From positions 288,001 through 352,000 of the forward strand of contig OZ245006.1 of assembly GCA_965223545.1 (NCBI GenBank): a DNA stretch of 64,000 nucleotides. The letters run 5' to 3'. The position numbers were made by a program, and so were the translations under genes. The stretch is from Planctomycetota bacterium. GTDB lineage: Bacteria; Planctomycetota; UBA1135; UBA2386. Below are positions 8,941 to 18,670 of this stretch, piece by piece. The first letter of the stretch is position 1. The number at the start of each line of letters is the position of its first letter. The notes below the pieces were generated by a model. The model had not been told where the DNA came from. It ran no database searches and worked only from the letters and a program-made list of their open reading frames with translations.

Positions 8941-11900
8941 CCCGCGCCTCCCCGCCGTTTGCGCGCCGCCGCGCCCAGCTTGCCGAACGCCTGCCGCTGC
9001 TTGCCGGCACGCTCCTTCTCGGCGTCGAGCTGCGGTGCGCGGCTGCCGCCGGCCATTCGCGCCGCCTGCTCGGCGACGGTCGCGTGCTCGAACATCTCGG
9101 CCATCGTCAGGGTCGCGCCGAACTCGCTCTTCAGCCGGTGGTTGAGCCGCACCAACAGCAGCGAATGGCCACCGAGCTCGAAGAAGTTGTCGTCGACTCC
9201 CAGGCCATCGATGCCCAACAGCTCCTGCCACACTGCCAGAATCCGCGCCTCGTGCTCGTCACGCGCGGCGACGTGCGGCGTCGGCAGCGAGGGGCGCGGC
9301 GCCAAGCCCGCGCTGGCGTCCGGCGCGTTCGCCGGCTCGCCGCCGGCTGGCGACGCGCTCGCCGCCTCGCCCCCGGCGGCGGTCGCCGCGGGCTGCGCCG
9401 CGCCGGTCTCGACCCCCACCGCTATCCGCGGAGCCAGATCGCGCGTCGAGATCCATACGTGCCCGCCGCCCGCGGCGACCGCGCGGCGAAACACCTCGAC
9501 CCCTTCGTCGGTCCGCAGTCCGTGGCGCAGCACGTCTGCCCGCGCCGCGGCGAGCTCGTCCGGCACCGCGCTCTCCGCTGTCATCCCGACCTCTGCCCAC
9601 GCGTCCCAGCCAATGGTGGTCACCGGGCAGTCGCCCGGCACCGCCGCCAGCGCGTCCTGCACCGCGTTGGCGCCGCAGTAGTCGGCGGCACCGACCGCGC
9701 CGAGCAGGCTGGTGAGCGACGAGCACAGGACGAACAGCTCGAGCGGCTGGCCCGCCGTCGCGGCGCGCAGGGCGATCGAGCCGCGCACCTTGGCATCGAG
9801 CACCGCCGCCGCCGCCGCCGGCTCGCGCAGCTCCAGCAATCCTCCCCGTGCGCTGCCGGCCGCGTGCACGACACCGCGCAGCGGGCCCATCGCGTCGACC
9901 ACCTCCGCCACCGCACGCTCGACTTGCGCGGGATCGCCGGCATCGGCATGCCACACCTGCACGCGCGCCCCGGTGGCTTCCAAGGCGAGCAGCCGCTCGA
10001 CGCGGCGTCGCTCGGGATCGCCGGTCGGCCGCTTCGCGCAGATCGCCTCGAACTCCCCGCGCGCGGGCAGTGGCGAACGGATCAGCAGCGCGATGCGACT
10101 GTCACCGAGCCGCGCCAGATGCATCGCGATGCTGGCGCCGATGCCGCCCAACCCGCCGGTGATCAAGAACGCTCCGCCCGGGCGTTCCCACGCCAGAGCC
10201 TCGGGCGCGGCCAGCGGGGACGGCACCGCCACCAGCGCGCGCCAGTCGCGGTGGCGGCGGGCGAGGATCGGCTCCTCGCCGCGACCGAGCACCGCGAGCA
10301 CGGCGGCCGACTGCTCGGCACCGGCGCCGGCGGGCAAGTCCAGGAGCCGCGCATGGATGGTTGGGTGCTCTTGCCGCAGCCCCCGCACGATGCCGACCGC
10401 GGTCGCTCGCGCCGGTCCCAGCACGGGTTCGCCGGCGACCGAGAACAAGCCGTCGGTCAGCACGGTCAGGGCGAACGAGCCCGCGGCGGCGTCCTGCAGA
10501 CCGGCTTGGACCAGGGCCAACGGGGCGTAGAACGCCCGGCGTTCGGCGTCTTCCTCGCCGGCCAACGACCACAGGTGGACGAAGTGCAGCGGCGCCCCGT
10601 CGTGCCCGAGTGCATCGAGGAGGCGGCGCCAATCTTCGCGGCTGTCCGGCCGCACTGCGAACCGTTGCTCGCCGTGTCGCGTGAAGTCTCCGCCGGCCTC
10701 CACCTCGACCACCGTGGCGCCGGCGTCGCGCAGCCCGCCAGCCAGGGTCGCGGCCAAGTCCGCGCTCCCCGAACCGCCGATCCCGTCGGTCAGGAGCACC
10801 CAGCGCGCCGCCGGCAACGCGGTCGCGGCGATCGGCATCGCGCGCCACGCCGCGCTGTAGAACCAACGCGCCGGATCGGCATGGCGCTCCACGCTCGCAG
10901 CACGCGGTGCCGGGTCGACCCAGTAGCGCTGGCGCTCGAACGGATAGGTCGGCAACCGCACCGTGCGCCGGCGCGCCTCGCCCTGCACGGCCTGCCAGTC
11001 GATGGCGGCCCCGTGCGCCCACAGCTGTCCCACCGCTTCCTGCAGCACCTCGACGTCGTCCGCCCCACCGTCGGCGGGGTGGCGCATCGAGGCGACCACC
11101 TGCCGGCGTCCCGCCGTCAGCTGTGCCGCGGTCAAGCTCTGCAGCGTCCGCCCGGGCCCGACCTCGAGCAGCAGCAGCTCCTCGTCGGCGAGCAGCTTGG
11201 CGACCGCGCTGGCGAACCGCACCGGCGCGCGCAACTGCTCGGCCCAGTAGCTCGGCTGCGCAAAGGTGTCGGCTTCGGTCCAGTCACCGGTCATCGACGA
11301 CACGCAGGGCAAACCAGCGCGGCCGCGCCCCACCGCCGCGACCTCGGCCATGAACGGCTCCACGATCGGCTGCATCATCGCCGAGTGGAACGCGTGCGAA
11401 GTGTGCAATCGCCGGCAGCCGACGTCGGCTGCGCCGAGCGCAGTGCTGAGTGCGTCGACCACCTCGTTCGGTCCGGACACGACGCAAGACTCCGGCGCAT
11501 TGACGGCCGCCAGGGACAGCCCACCGAACTCCGGCCGCTGCAGCCAGGCGCCCACCGAAGCCTCGTCGGCGGCGATGCCGAGCATCCCCCCCTCGGGCAG
11601 GGCGTCCATCATCGCGCCGCGCGCCGCGACCAACGCCAGGGCGTCCTCCAGCGACAAGACCCCCGCCAGGCACGCGGCGACGAACTCGCCGACGCTGTGG
11701 CCGAGCATTGCCGCCGGCTGCACGCCAAAGGCCATCCACTGCCGCGCCAGTGCGTACTGCACCGCGAACAGCGCCGGCTGGGCCCACTTGGTCCGGCGCA
11801 GCCGCGCCGTGGCGCGTTCGACATCCGCGTCGTAGAGCACCGCAGTCAAGTCTTCACCCAGCGGCCCCGCCAAGATCTTCGCGCAGTGCTCCAGATGCTG

Positions 11901-13574
11901 GCGGAACTCCGGCTCGTGCGCGTACAGCCGCGCCGCCATGCCCGCGTGCTGCGCACCCTGGCCGGGGAACAGAAACGCCACACGGCGCGCGGCCTCCGCG
12001 CCCTCGCCGCGCACCCCCGCGCCATCGCGCAGCGCGCGCACCGCGCCGCCGGCGTCGGCCGCCACCACCGCGCGCCGGTAGCGCATCGCCATCCGGCCGC
12101 GCGCCAGCGTGTGGGCGACGTCGGCCAGCACCGTGCCGGCGTCGGCCTCCAGGTGATCGGCGAGCTGCGCCGCCCGACGCTCCAACGCGGCGGGGCTGCG
12201 CGCCGACAGCGGCAGCAGCTGCACCGCGCGCGCTGGCGGTTCCGACGCCGGCGCCGGCGGCGCCTGCTCGAGGATCACGTGCGCGTTGGTGCCGCCCAAG
12301 CCGAACGAGCTGACCGCCGCGCGCCGCGGCCCCTCGGCCACCGGCCAGGACTGCAGCCGATCGACGACGAAGAAGGGGCTGCCCGCGAAGTCGATCTCCG
12401 GGTTGGGCCGGCGAAAGTGCAGCGTCGGCGGCAGCTCGCCGTGCTCGAGCGCGAGCACCGCCTTGATCAGACCGGCGACGCCGGCGGCGGCGTTGCTGTG
12501 GCCGATGTTGGTCTTCAGCGAGCCGATCCCGCAGAAACCACGGTCGTCGGTCTGCCGGCGATACGCCTGGGTCAGCGCGCCGACCTCGACCGGATCACCG
12601 AGCGCCGTGCCGGTGCCGTGCGCCTCGACGTAGCCGATGCCCCGCGCCGGCACACGCGCCACCTCCAACGCCGCCTCGATGCACCGCGCCTGGCCGTCGA
12701 CCCCCGGGGCGGTGAAGCCGACGCGGGCGGAGCCGTCGTTGTTGGTCGCCGAGCCGCGCAGCACGGCGCGGATGCAGTCGCCGTCCTCGATCGCATCGGC
12801 CAAGCGCTTGAGCACGACGACCGCCAAGCCGTTGGCGCCGACCATGCCGCGCGCGTCGGCGTCGAAAGCGCGGCAATGACCGTCGGGAGAGTAGACGCCA
12901 CCCTCTTCGTAGCAGTAGCCCGTGTCGCGCAGGGTGGTGATCGACACTCCACCCGCGAGCGCCGCGTCGCACTCGCCGGCGAGCAGGCTCTGGCCCGCCA
13001 GGTGCACCGCGACCAGGCCGGTCGAGCAGGCGGTCTGCACGTTGACGCTGGGTCCGTGCAAGTCGAGCGCATAGGACACGCGCAGCGGCAGGAAGTCGCG
13101 ATCGGTGCCGATCGTCGTCGGCACGATGCCCGCCGACTCGGTCACGGCCCTGTTCTCCAACAGGTTGTGCAGCAGGTAGTTCGGCCGACCCGCTCCGGCG
13201 AACACGCCGACCAGGCCAACCCGTGCCGGGTCGCAGCCGGCATCCTCCAAGGCCTCCACCGCGGCCTCCAGGAACAGCCGGTGCTGGGGGTCGGTGATCT
13301 GTGCTTCGCGCGGCGCGAAGCCGAAGAACCCCGCGTCGAACTGGTCGATGCCGTCGATCAGTCCACCGCCGCACTTGACGTAGCCCGGCGCCGCCAGCTC
13401 GGCTGCCGAGACGCCGGCGGACAAGAGCTCCTCTTCGCTGAAGAAGCGCACCGACTCGCGCCCACTGCGCAGGTTGTCCCACAGCTCGATGTCGTTGGCG
13501 GCGCCGGGCAGGCGCAGGGCCATGCCGACGATCGCGATCTCATCGCCGTGATAGCTGTCGAGCGAGTCTGTCAT
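8937..13574 (-). CDS. Type I polyketide synthase module 1 (KS-AT-KR-ACP)
   Basis: KS: QTACSTG, HGTGT, IGHSN. AT: GHSVG and HAFH. KR: GGLGGIG, DAKVRG, ADYCGAN. Carrier: FFELGGHSL. Start MTDSLDSYHGDEIAIVG. Confidence 0.93.
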   Translation of the reverse strand: MTDSLDSYHGDEIAIVGMALRLPGAANDIELWDNLRSGRESVRFFSEEELLSAGVSAAELAAPGYVKCGGGLIDGIDQFDAGFFGFAPREAQITDPQHRLFLEAAVEALEDAGCDPARVGLVGVFAGAGRPNYLLHNLLENRAVTESAGIVPTTIGTDRDFLPLRVSYALDLHGPSVNVQTACSTGLVAVHLAGQSLLAGECDAALAGGVSITTLRDTGYCYEEGGVYSPDGHCRAFDADARGMVGANGLAVVVLKRLADAIEDGDCIRAVLRGSATNNDGSARVGFTAPGVDGQARCIEAALEVARVPARGIGYVEAHGTGTALGDPVEVGALTQAYRRQTDDRGFCGIGSLKTNIGHSNAAAGVAGLIKAVLALEHGELPPTLHFRRPNPEIDFAGSPFFVVDRLQSWPVAEGPRRAAVSSFGLGGTNAHVILEQAPPAPASEPPARAVQLLPLSARSPAALERRAAQLADHLEADAGTVLADVAHTLARGRMAMRYRRAVVAADAGGAVRALRDGAGVRGEGAEAARRVAFLFPGQGAQHAGMAARLYAHEPEFRQHLEHCAKILAGPLGEDLTAVLYDADVERATARLRRTKWAQPALFAVQYALARQWMAFGVQPAAMLGHSVGEFVAACLAGVLSLEDALALVAARGAMMDALPEGGMLGIAADEASVGAWLQRPEFGGLSLAAVNAPESCVVSGPNEVVDALSTALGAADVGCRRLHTSHAFHSAMMQPIVEPFMAEVAAVGRGRAGLPCVSSMTGDWTEADTFAQPSYWAEQLRAPVRFASAVAKLLADEELLLLEVGPGRTLQSLTAAQLTAGRRQVVASMRHPADGGADDVEVLQEAVGQLWAHGAAIDWQAVQGEARRRTVRLPTYPFERQRYWVDPAPRAASVERHADPARWFYSAAWRAMPIAATALPAARWVLLTDGIGGSGSADLAATLAGGLRDAGATVVEVEAGGDFTRHGEQRFAVRPDSREDWRRLLDALGHDGAPLHFVHLWSLAGEEDAERRAFYAPLALVQAGLQDAAAGSFALTVLTDGLFSVAGEPVLGPARATAVGIVRGLRQEHPTIHARLLDLPAGAGAEQSAAVLAVLGRGEEPILARRHRDWRALVAVPSPLAAPEALAWERPGGAFLITGGLGGIGASIAMHLARLGDSRIALLIRSPLPARGEFEAICAKRPTGDPERRRVERLLALEATGARVQVWHADAGDPAQVERAVAEVVDAMGPLRGVVHAAGSARGGLLELREPAAAAAVLDAKVRGSIALRAATAGQPLELFVLCSSLTSLLGAVGAADYCGANAVQDALAAVPGDCPVTTIGWDAWAEVGMTAESAVPDELAAARADVLRHGLRTDEGVEVFRRAVAAGGGHVWISTRDLAPRIAVGVETGAAQPAATAAGGEAASASPAGGEPANAPDASAGLAPRPSLPTPHVAARDEHEARILAVWQELLGIDGLGVDDNFFELGGHSLLLVRLNHRLKSEFGATLTMAEMFEHATVAEQAARMAGGSRAPQLDAEKERAGKQRQAFGKLGAAARKRRGGAG

Positions 13575-13733
13575 GGAGGCGGGGGGCGGCGGCAGGGCGG
13601 CCCCCGCACACAGGGGCCCCTTCGAAGAATAGACGAAAGCGGGTCGCCGGGTCGAAGGGCCGTTGGCAGCGAAACGACCGCCACCGCCGGCAGTTGGCGC
13701 CGCGGCTGGGTTCGGCGACGATCCTCTGCACCG

Positions 13734-14450
13734 ATGCCGCTCGATCTGCGCAACCGCCACGGCGAAGCCCTCGCCCACAGCCATGCCCCCGGTGCCACCG
13801 ACGATGCACCCCTCGTCGTCATCGGTCACGGGCTCACCTCCCAACACGACCGCCCGTGGCTGAAGGCGATCAGCGCGACGCTGAGCGCCGCCGGCATCGG
13901 CTCGCTGCGCTTCTCGTTCGCCGGCAACGGCGCCTCTCAGGGCCGTTTCGCCGACGCCACCATCAGCAAGGAGATCGGTGACCTGCAGGCTGTGCTGGAC
14001 GCCGTCGGCACCCGGCGCGTCTTCTACGCCGGCCACAGCATGGGCGCCGCCGTCGGTGTGTTGTGCGCCGCGCGCGATCCGCGGCTGGCGGGCTTGATCT
14101 CGCTCGCCGGCATGGTGCACGTCGCCGAGTTCATGCGCCGGCTGTTCGGCCACCTGACGCCGGACCGCGACGTGATGCTCGACAAGCCGCACTGCCCGCT
14201 GACCAGCGCGTTCTTGGCCGACGCCGAGGCGATCGGCGACGTGCTGGCGGCGGCCGCCGAGATCGCCCAGCCATGGCTCTTGGTGCACGGCACCGCCGAC
14301 GAGCTGGTGCCGCTGCGCGACGCCGAGGACGCGCGCGCCACTTGCCCAAGGGCCGAGCTGTGGACCATCGCCGGCGCCGACCACCGGTTCACCGGTGTCG
14401 AGGACGCGGTCGGCGCGCGGGTCGCCGCCTGGGTCGCCCGCCACGCCTGA
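13734..14450 (+). CDS. Alpha/beta hydrolase
   Basis: HGLT oxyanion region, nucleophile motif GHSMG, HGTADELVP (Asp) and GADHRF (His). Confidence 0.85.
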   Translation: MPLDLRNRHGEALAHSHAPGATDDAPLVVIGHGLTSQHDRPWLKAISATLSAAGIGSLRFSFAGNGASQGRFADATISKEIGDLQAVLDAVGTRRVFYAGHSMGAAVGVLCAARDPRLAGLISLAGMVHVAEFMRRLFGHLTPDRDVMLDKPHCPLTSAFLADAEAIGDVLAAAAEIAQPWLLVHGTADELVPLRDAEDARATCPRAELWTIAGADHRFTGVEDAVGARVAAWVARHA

Positions 14451-14578
14451 CGACTGTCGAGAAATCCGACGCCGCAGCAGCGGGGTTTTTGAGCGACCTG
14501 CGCCCGCGCGAATGCCGACATCAAAGGACACCGGCACTCCTGCGGGGGCGCCGGCGCTCGACCCTGGTGCCGCGTAGG

Positions 14579-17500
14579 ATGGCCGACCCCCAGCTGCAAC
14601 CCGACGTGCAAGACGCGTACGGCCTGTCCCACTTGCAGGCCGGCATGCTGTTCCACGCCCAGTCGGCGGACCGGCCCGGGTTCGACGTGGAGCAGATCGT
14701 GCTCGAGCTGCGCGGTCCCCTGGACCGGGCGCGAATGCGGCGCGCCTGGCAGACCGTGGTGGCGCGGCACGCGGTGCTGCGCACCAGGATCCGGTTCCAC
14801 GAGCTGCGCGAACCACGCCAGGAAGTCGTGGCCGCGGTCGACGTGCCCTGGACCGAGCACGACGGGCGGGGCGGCGCGTTCCCGCTGGACGAGCTCTTGC
14901 ACGCCGACCGCACGCGGGGCTTCGACCTCGAGTCCGCGCCGCTGATGCGCTGCACGCTGGTGCACCGCGGCGCCGATCGCGCCGAGCTGATCTGGACGCT
15001 ACACCACATCATTCTCGACGGGCGCTCGTTCCCGCTGGTGCTGCGCGAGGTGTTCACGGTGTACGCCGCCGAGGACGGTCCGGCGCCGCAGCCCGACCTT
15101 CCGCCGTACCACACCTACATCGATTGGCTGGGCTCCGTCGACCACGAACAGAGCCGTGCGTTCTGGACCGAACGGCTGCGCGGCTTCAGCCAGCCGACCG
15201 CACTGCCCCTGACCTCCTTCCACCGCAGTCCACAACCCTCGACGATCGAGCTGACGGCCACCTTGACCGCGGCCGAGACCAACCAGCTCGAGGCCGCCCT
15301 GGAGCCGGCCGATGCCTCGCTGAACACCGCACTGCAGGCGGCGTGGTCGGTCCTGCTGGCCCGTTACGCCGGCGACGAAGACGTCGTGTTCGGCGCCACC
15401 CGCGCCTGCCGCTACTTCGACAGCAATCCGCAGGCCAAGGCCATGGTCGGCCTGTTCATCAACACGCTGCCGCTCCGCGCCCAGCTGCGCGGCGCCACCG
15501 TCGAGGACTTGCTGCGGCAACTGCGCACCGACTGGATCGCGCAGCGGCCGGTCGAGCACACTCCGCTGGTCGACGTGCACCGCTTCAGCGAGCTGCCGGC
15601 GGGGACGCCGCTGTTCGAGACCCTGGTGGTCTATGACAGCGAGCCCCTGGCGGCTCGAATCTGCGGCACCGCCGGCGAGCTCGAGATCGTCGATGCCACG
15701 CTGCACGAGCAACCGACCTTCCCCCTGGTGTTGCTGGGCTACGGCGGCGAGCGCTTGCGGCTCAAGCTGTTGTTCGACGATGGCCGCTTCGAGCGCGGCA
15801 TCGCCGAGCGGATGTTGGCGCAGGTCGCGGGCCTGCTGCGTTGGATGGCCAGTGGACTCGAGCAGCCGGTTGCCGAGGCACCGGTGCTGTCGCCGGCCGA
15901 GCACACCGAGATCGTCCGCACCTGGAACGACACCGGCGGGGCCCCACCCCGCGACCGCTGTCTGCACGAAGACTTCGCCGAGCAGGCACGGCAGCGCCCG
16001 CTCGACACCGCCCTGCGCTGCGCCGAGGAGACCTGGAGCTACGCGCGGCTGGAGGCGACGGCCAATCGGCTCGCCCACCGGCTGCTGCGGGCCGGCGCCG
16101 GCGCAGGCGTCCGCGTCGGCATTTGTCTGGAGCGCGCGCCCGCGCTGGTCGCAGGCCTGCTGGCGATCGCCAAGACCGGGGCCACCTACGTGCCCTTGGA
16201 CGCCGAGCTGCCCCTCGACCGCCGCCAGTTCATCGCCGAGGACGCGGACCTGGGTCTGCTGCTGACGCAGCAGGAGCTCGGCGGCGACCTGCAGCCCGGC
16301 TGCCCGGTGCTGTTGTTGCACGAGCTCGGCGCGGTGCTCGAGGACGGCCCCGACCCCGGCCCGCCGGTGGCCGATCTCGACCCCGACCGCCCGGCGTACG
16401 TGATCTACACCTCGGGTTCGACCGGCCGGCCGAAGGGCGTGGTGGTCCACCACCGCAGCGCGCTCAACACCATCGACTGGGTCAACGAGACCTACGCGGT
16501 CGGCCCGGGCGACTGCCTGCTGTTCGTGACCTCGGTTTGCTTCGACCTCTCGGTGTACGACGTGTTCGGCGTGCTCGGCGCCGGCGCCTGTCTGCGCATC
16601 GCGCGCGCCGGAGAGCTGGCCGACCCCGCGGCGCTGGCAGCGCGGCTGACGAGCGGCGAGATCACGTTCTGGGACTCGGCGCCGGCGTTCCTGCAGCAGG
16701 TCGCGCCGTTTCTGCAACAGCAGTCAGCGCCGCCATCCACCGGCGGCCTGCGCCTGGTGTTCCTCAGCGGCGACTGGATCCCGGTCACCCTGCCCGAGCG
16801 AGTGACGGCGCGTTTCCCCGGCTGCCAGATCATCAGCCTGGGCGGTGCCACCGAGGCGTCGATCTGGTCCAACTTCTACGCCGTCCAGAATGTCGGCGAC
16901 CGGTGGCCGAGCATTCCCTACGGCACGCCGATCCGCAACTGCCGCTACCACGTGCTCGACAGCGCGCTGCGGCCGATGCCAGCGGGGGCCACAGGCGAGC
17001 TGTTCATCGGCGGCGACTGCGTGGTCGCCGGCTACCACCGCCGCGACGAGCTCACCGCCGAACGCTTCATCCCGGACCCGTTCCACCCAGGCCAGCGGCT
17101 GTACCGCACCGGCGATCTCGCGCGCTACGACAGCTTTGGCACCCTGGAGTTCTTGGGCCGCGCCGACAACCAGGTCAAGGTGCGCGGCTACCGCGTCGAG
17201 CTCGGCGAGATCGAGGCCGCGCTCGGCCGCTGCCGCGGCGTCGCCGAAGCCATCGTGGTCGCGCCGCGCGACGCCGACGGGACGCGCTCGATCGTCGGCT
17301 TCGTCGAGCCCAGCGACCGCGGCGCCGTCGACGCCGATCTGCTGCGCGTGGAGATCGAGCGCTGGCTTCCGTCCTACATGGTGCCGGGACGCATCGAGAT
17401 CCTCGAGCGCTGGCCGCTGTCGCCCAACGGCAAGGTGGACCGCGCGGCCCTCGAGCGCCGCCCCGGGCACACGGCAAGGGCCCCTTCCGCGCCGGCGGAG

Positions 17501-18628
17501 ACCGACCTCGAGCGGCAGCTGGTGGCGATCTGGTGCGACCTCTTGAACCTCGACGCGATCGGCCGAGACGACAACTTCTTCGATCTCGGCGGACACTCGC
17601 TGCGCGCGGCCCAGCTGGTCGCCGAGATCGAGCGACGCCTCGGCGCCCGACTGCCACTGGAGTCCGTCCTGCAGGCGCCGACCGTCCGCCAGCTCGGCGC
17701 CACGCTCGAGCAGGGGCTCGGCACGGGTTCCGGCAGCTCCTTCGTCCACTTCAACGCGGGCGGACACCGCGACCCCGTGTTCTTGATCGCCGGAATCGGC
17801 GGTCAGGTGTTCATGTTCCGCGAGATGGCGCAGATCCTCGGCGTGGACCAACCGCTGTACGCCGGCAAGGCGATCGGCATCGACGGCCGCCGCCGCACGC
17901 CCGACCGCGTCGAGGACATCGCCGCGCAATACCTCACCGAGCTGCTCGAGCTGCAGCCCACCGGGCGCTATCGCCTCGGCGGCTACTCGTTCGGCGGGCT
18001 GATCGCGTTCGAGGTCGCCGCCCGGCTGCGCGCCAGCGGCCGCGAAGTGACCTGGCTCGGACTGTTCGACACCCTGGCCCCCGGCTACCCGAGGCGCAAG
18101 CCGCTGCCGCAGCGCCTGCGCGAGCATCTCCGCAACCTGCTCGCCGCCGACAACGACGAGGCCGGCAACTACCTGCGGGAGCGATTGCACAACATCGGTC
18201 GCCGGATTCGCCGCCGCATTGGGATGCGCACCGACATCACCACTCTGCCGGGCATGGACGCCCGCACGCAGGATCGCTTCGCCGCGGTCGAAGCGGCGCT
18301 CAACCGCGCCAAATGGCGCTATCGCCCCAGCCACAAGCTCGACGTGCCGATCACCGTGTTCTGCGCCGAAGAGGGCTTCGATTGGCCGGCGACGACGTTC
18401 GACGACCCCGGCCTTGGCTGGAGCCGCTACACCACGGCGGCCGTGCACCACCACGCGGTGCCGGGCAGCCACCTCGAGCTGTTCCAAGCGCCCAACGTCG
18501 GTCCGCTCTCACAGCGAGTCCGCGAGCAGCTGGCGCCGAGCGACACGGGCACGCGCGACGAGCATTCCGGCACCCGGGCGCAACAGGTGGCCGCCAACGC
18601 CGCCGGTCACTCCTCTTCGATGCGGTAG
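14579..18628 (+). CDS. Single-module NRPS (C-A-PCP-TE)
   Basis: C domain HHIILDG. A domain YTSGSTGRPKG, YRTGDLAR, NGKVDR. PCP FFDLGGHSL. TE GYSFG and GSHL. Confidence 0.93.
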   Translation: MADPQLQPDVQDAYGLSHLQAGMLFHAQSADRPGFDVEQIVLELRGPLDRARMRRAWQTVVARHAVLRTRIRFHELREPRQEVVAAVDVPWTEHDGRGGAFPLDELLHADRTRGFDLESAPLMRCTLVHRGADRAELIWTLHHIILDGRSFPLVLREVFTVYAAEDGPAPQPDLPPYHTYIDWLGSVDHEQSRAFWTERLRGFSQPTALPLTSFHRSPQPSTIELTATLTAAETNQLEAALEPADASLNTALQAAWSVLLARYAGDEDVVFGATRACRYFDSNPQAKAMVGLFINTLPLRAQLRGATVEDLLRQLRTDWIAQRPVEHTPLVDVHRFSELPAGTPLFETLVVYDSEPLAARICGTAGELEIVDATLHEQPTFPLVLLGYGGERLRLKLLFDDGRFERGIAERMLAQVAGLLRWMASGLEQPVAEAPVLSPAEHTEIVRTWNDTGGAPPRDRCLHEDFAEQARQRPLDTALRCAEETWSYARLEATANRLAHRLLRAGAGAGVRVGICLERAPALVAGLLAIAKTGATYVPLDAELPLDRRQFIAEDADLGLLLTQQELGGDLQPGCPVLLLHELGAVLEDGPDPGPPVADLDPDRPAYVIYTSGSTGRPKGVVVHHRSALNTIDWVNETYAVGPGDCLLFVTSVCFDLSVYDVFGVLGAGACLRIARAGELADPAALAARLTSGEITFWDSAPAFLQQVAPFLQQQSAPPSTGGLRLVFLSGDWIPVTLPERVTARFPGCQIISLGGATEASIWSNFYAVQNVGDRWPSIPYGTPIRNCRYHVLDSALRPMPAGATGELFIGGDCVVAGYHRRDELTAERFIPDPFHPGQRLYRTGDLARYDSFGTLEFLGRADNQVKVRGYRVELGEIEAALGRCRGVAEAIVVAPRDADGTRSIVGFVEPSDRGAVDADLLRVEIERWLPSYMVPGRIEILERWPLSPNGKVDRAALERRPGHTARAPSAPAETDLERQLVAIWCDLLNLDAIGRDDNFFDLGGHSLRAAQLVAEIERRLGARLPLESVLQAPTVRQLGATLEQGLGTGSGSSFVHFNAGGHRDPVFLIAGIGGQVFMFREMAQILGVDQPLYAGKAIGIDGRRRTPDRVEDIAAQYLTELLELQPTGRYRLGGYSFGGLIAFEVAARLRASGREVTWLGLFDTLAPGYPRRKPLPQRLREHLRNLLAADNDEAGNYLRERLHNIGRRIRRRIGMRTDITTLPGMDARTQDRFAAVEAALNRAKWRYRPSHKLDVPITVFCAEEGFDWPATTFDDPGLGWSRYTTAAVHHHAVPGSHLELFQAPNVGPLSQRVREQLAPSDTGTRDEHSGTRAQQVAANAAGHSSSMR

Positions 18629-18631
18629 AGG
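18601..18631. repeat. 31-bp direct repeat, copy 1 (CGCCGGTCACTCCTCTTCGATGCGGTAGAGG)
   Basis: Identical to 20006-20036. Contains the NRPS TAG stop. Confidence 0.95.
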
Positions 18632-18670
18632 CCGGCGAGAAGACGTACTGCCAGCCCGAACCCACCGCCA

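Noticed and set aside
9084..13733. N-terminal part of the 1788-aa + strand ORF, and similar long antisense ORFs (6292-8391, 14999-16717, 26247-28715, 37409-40300)
   Set aside because: They shadow real genes on the opposite strand, as expected from stop-codon scarcity at high GC, and carry no recognisable motifs. Only 13734-14450 of the first ORF is a real gene.
14453..14501. Weak hairpin plus T5 between the hydrolase and NRPS, also faintly like an IS-end remnant
   Set aside because: The core stem is only 4 bp and there is no transposase or second copy; too weak to call.
13575..14816. Upstream extension of the PKS1 ORF in the ORF track
   Set aside because: It overlaps the hydrolase and NRPS on the other strand; KS homology starts just after ATG 13574.
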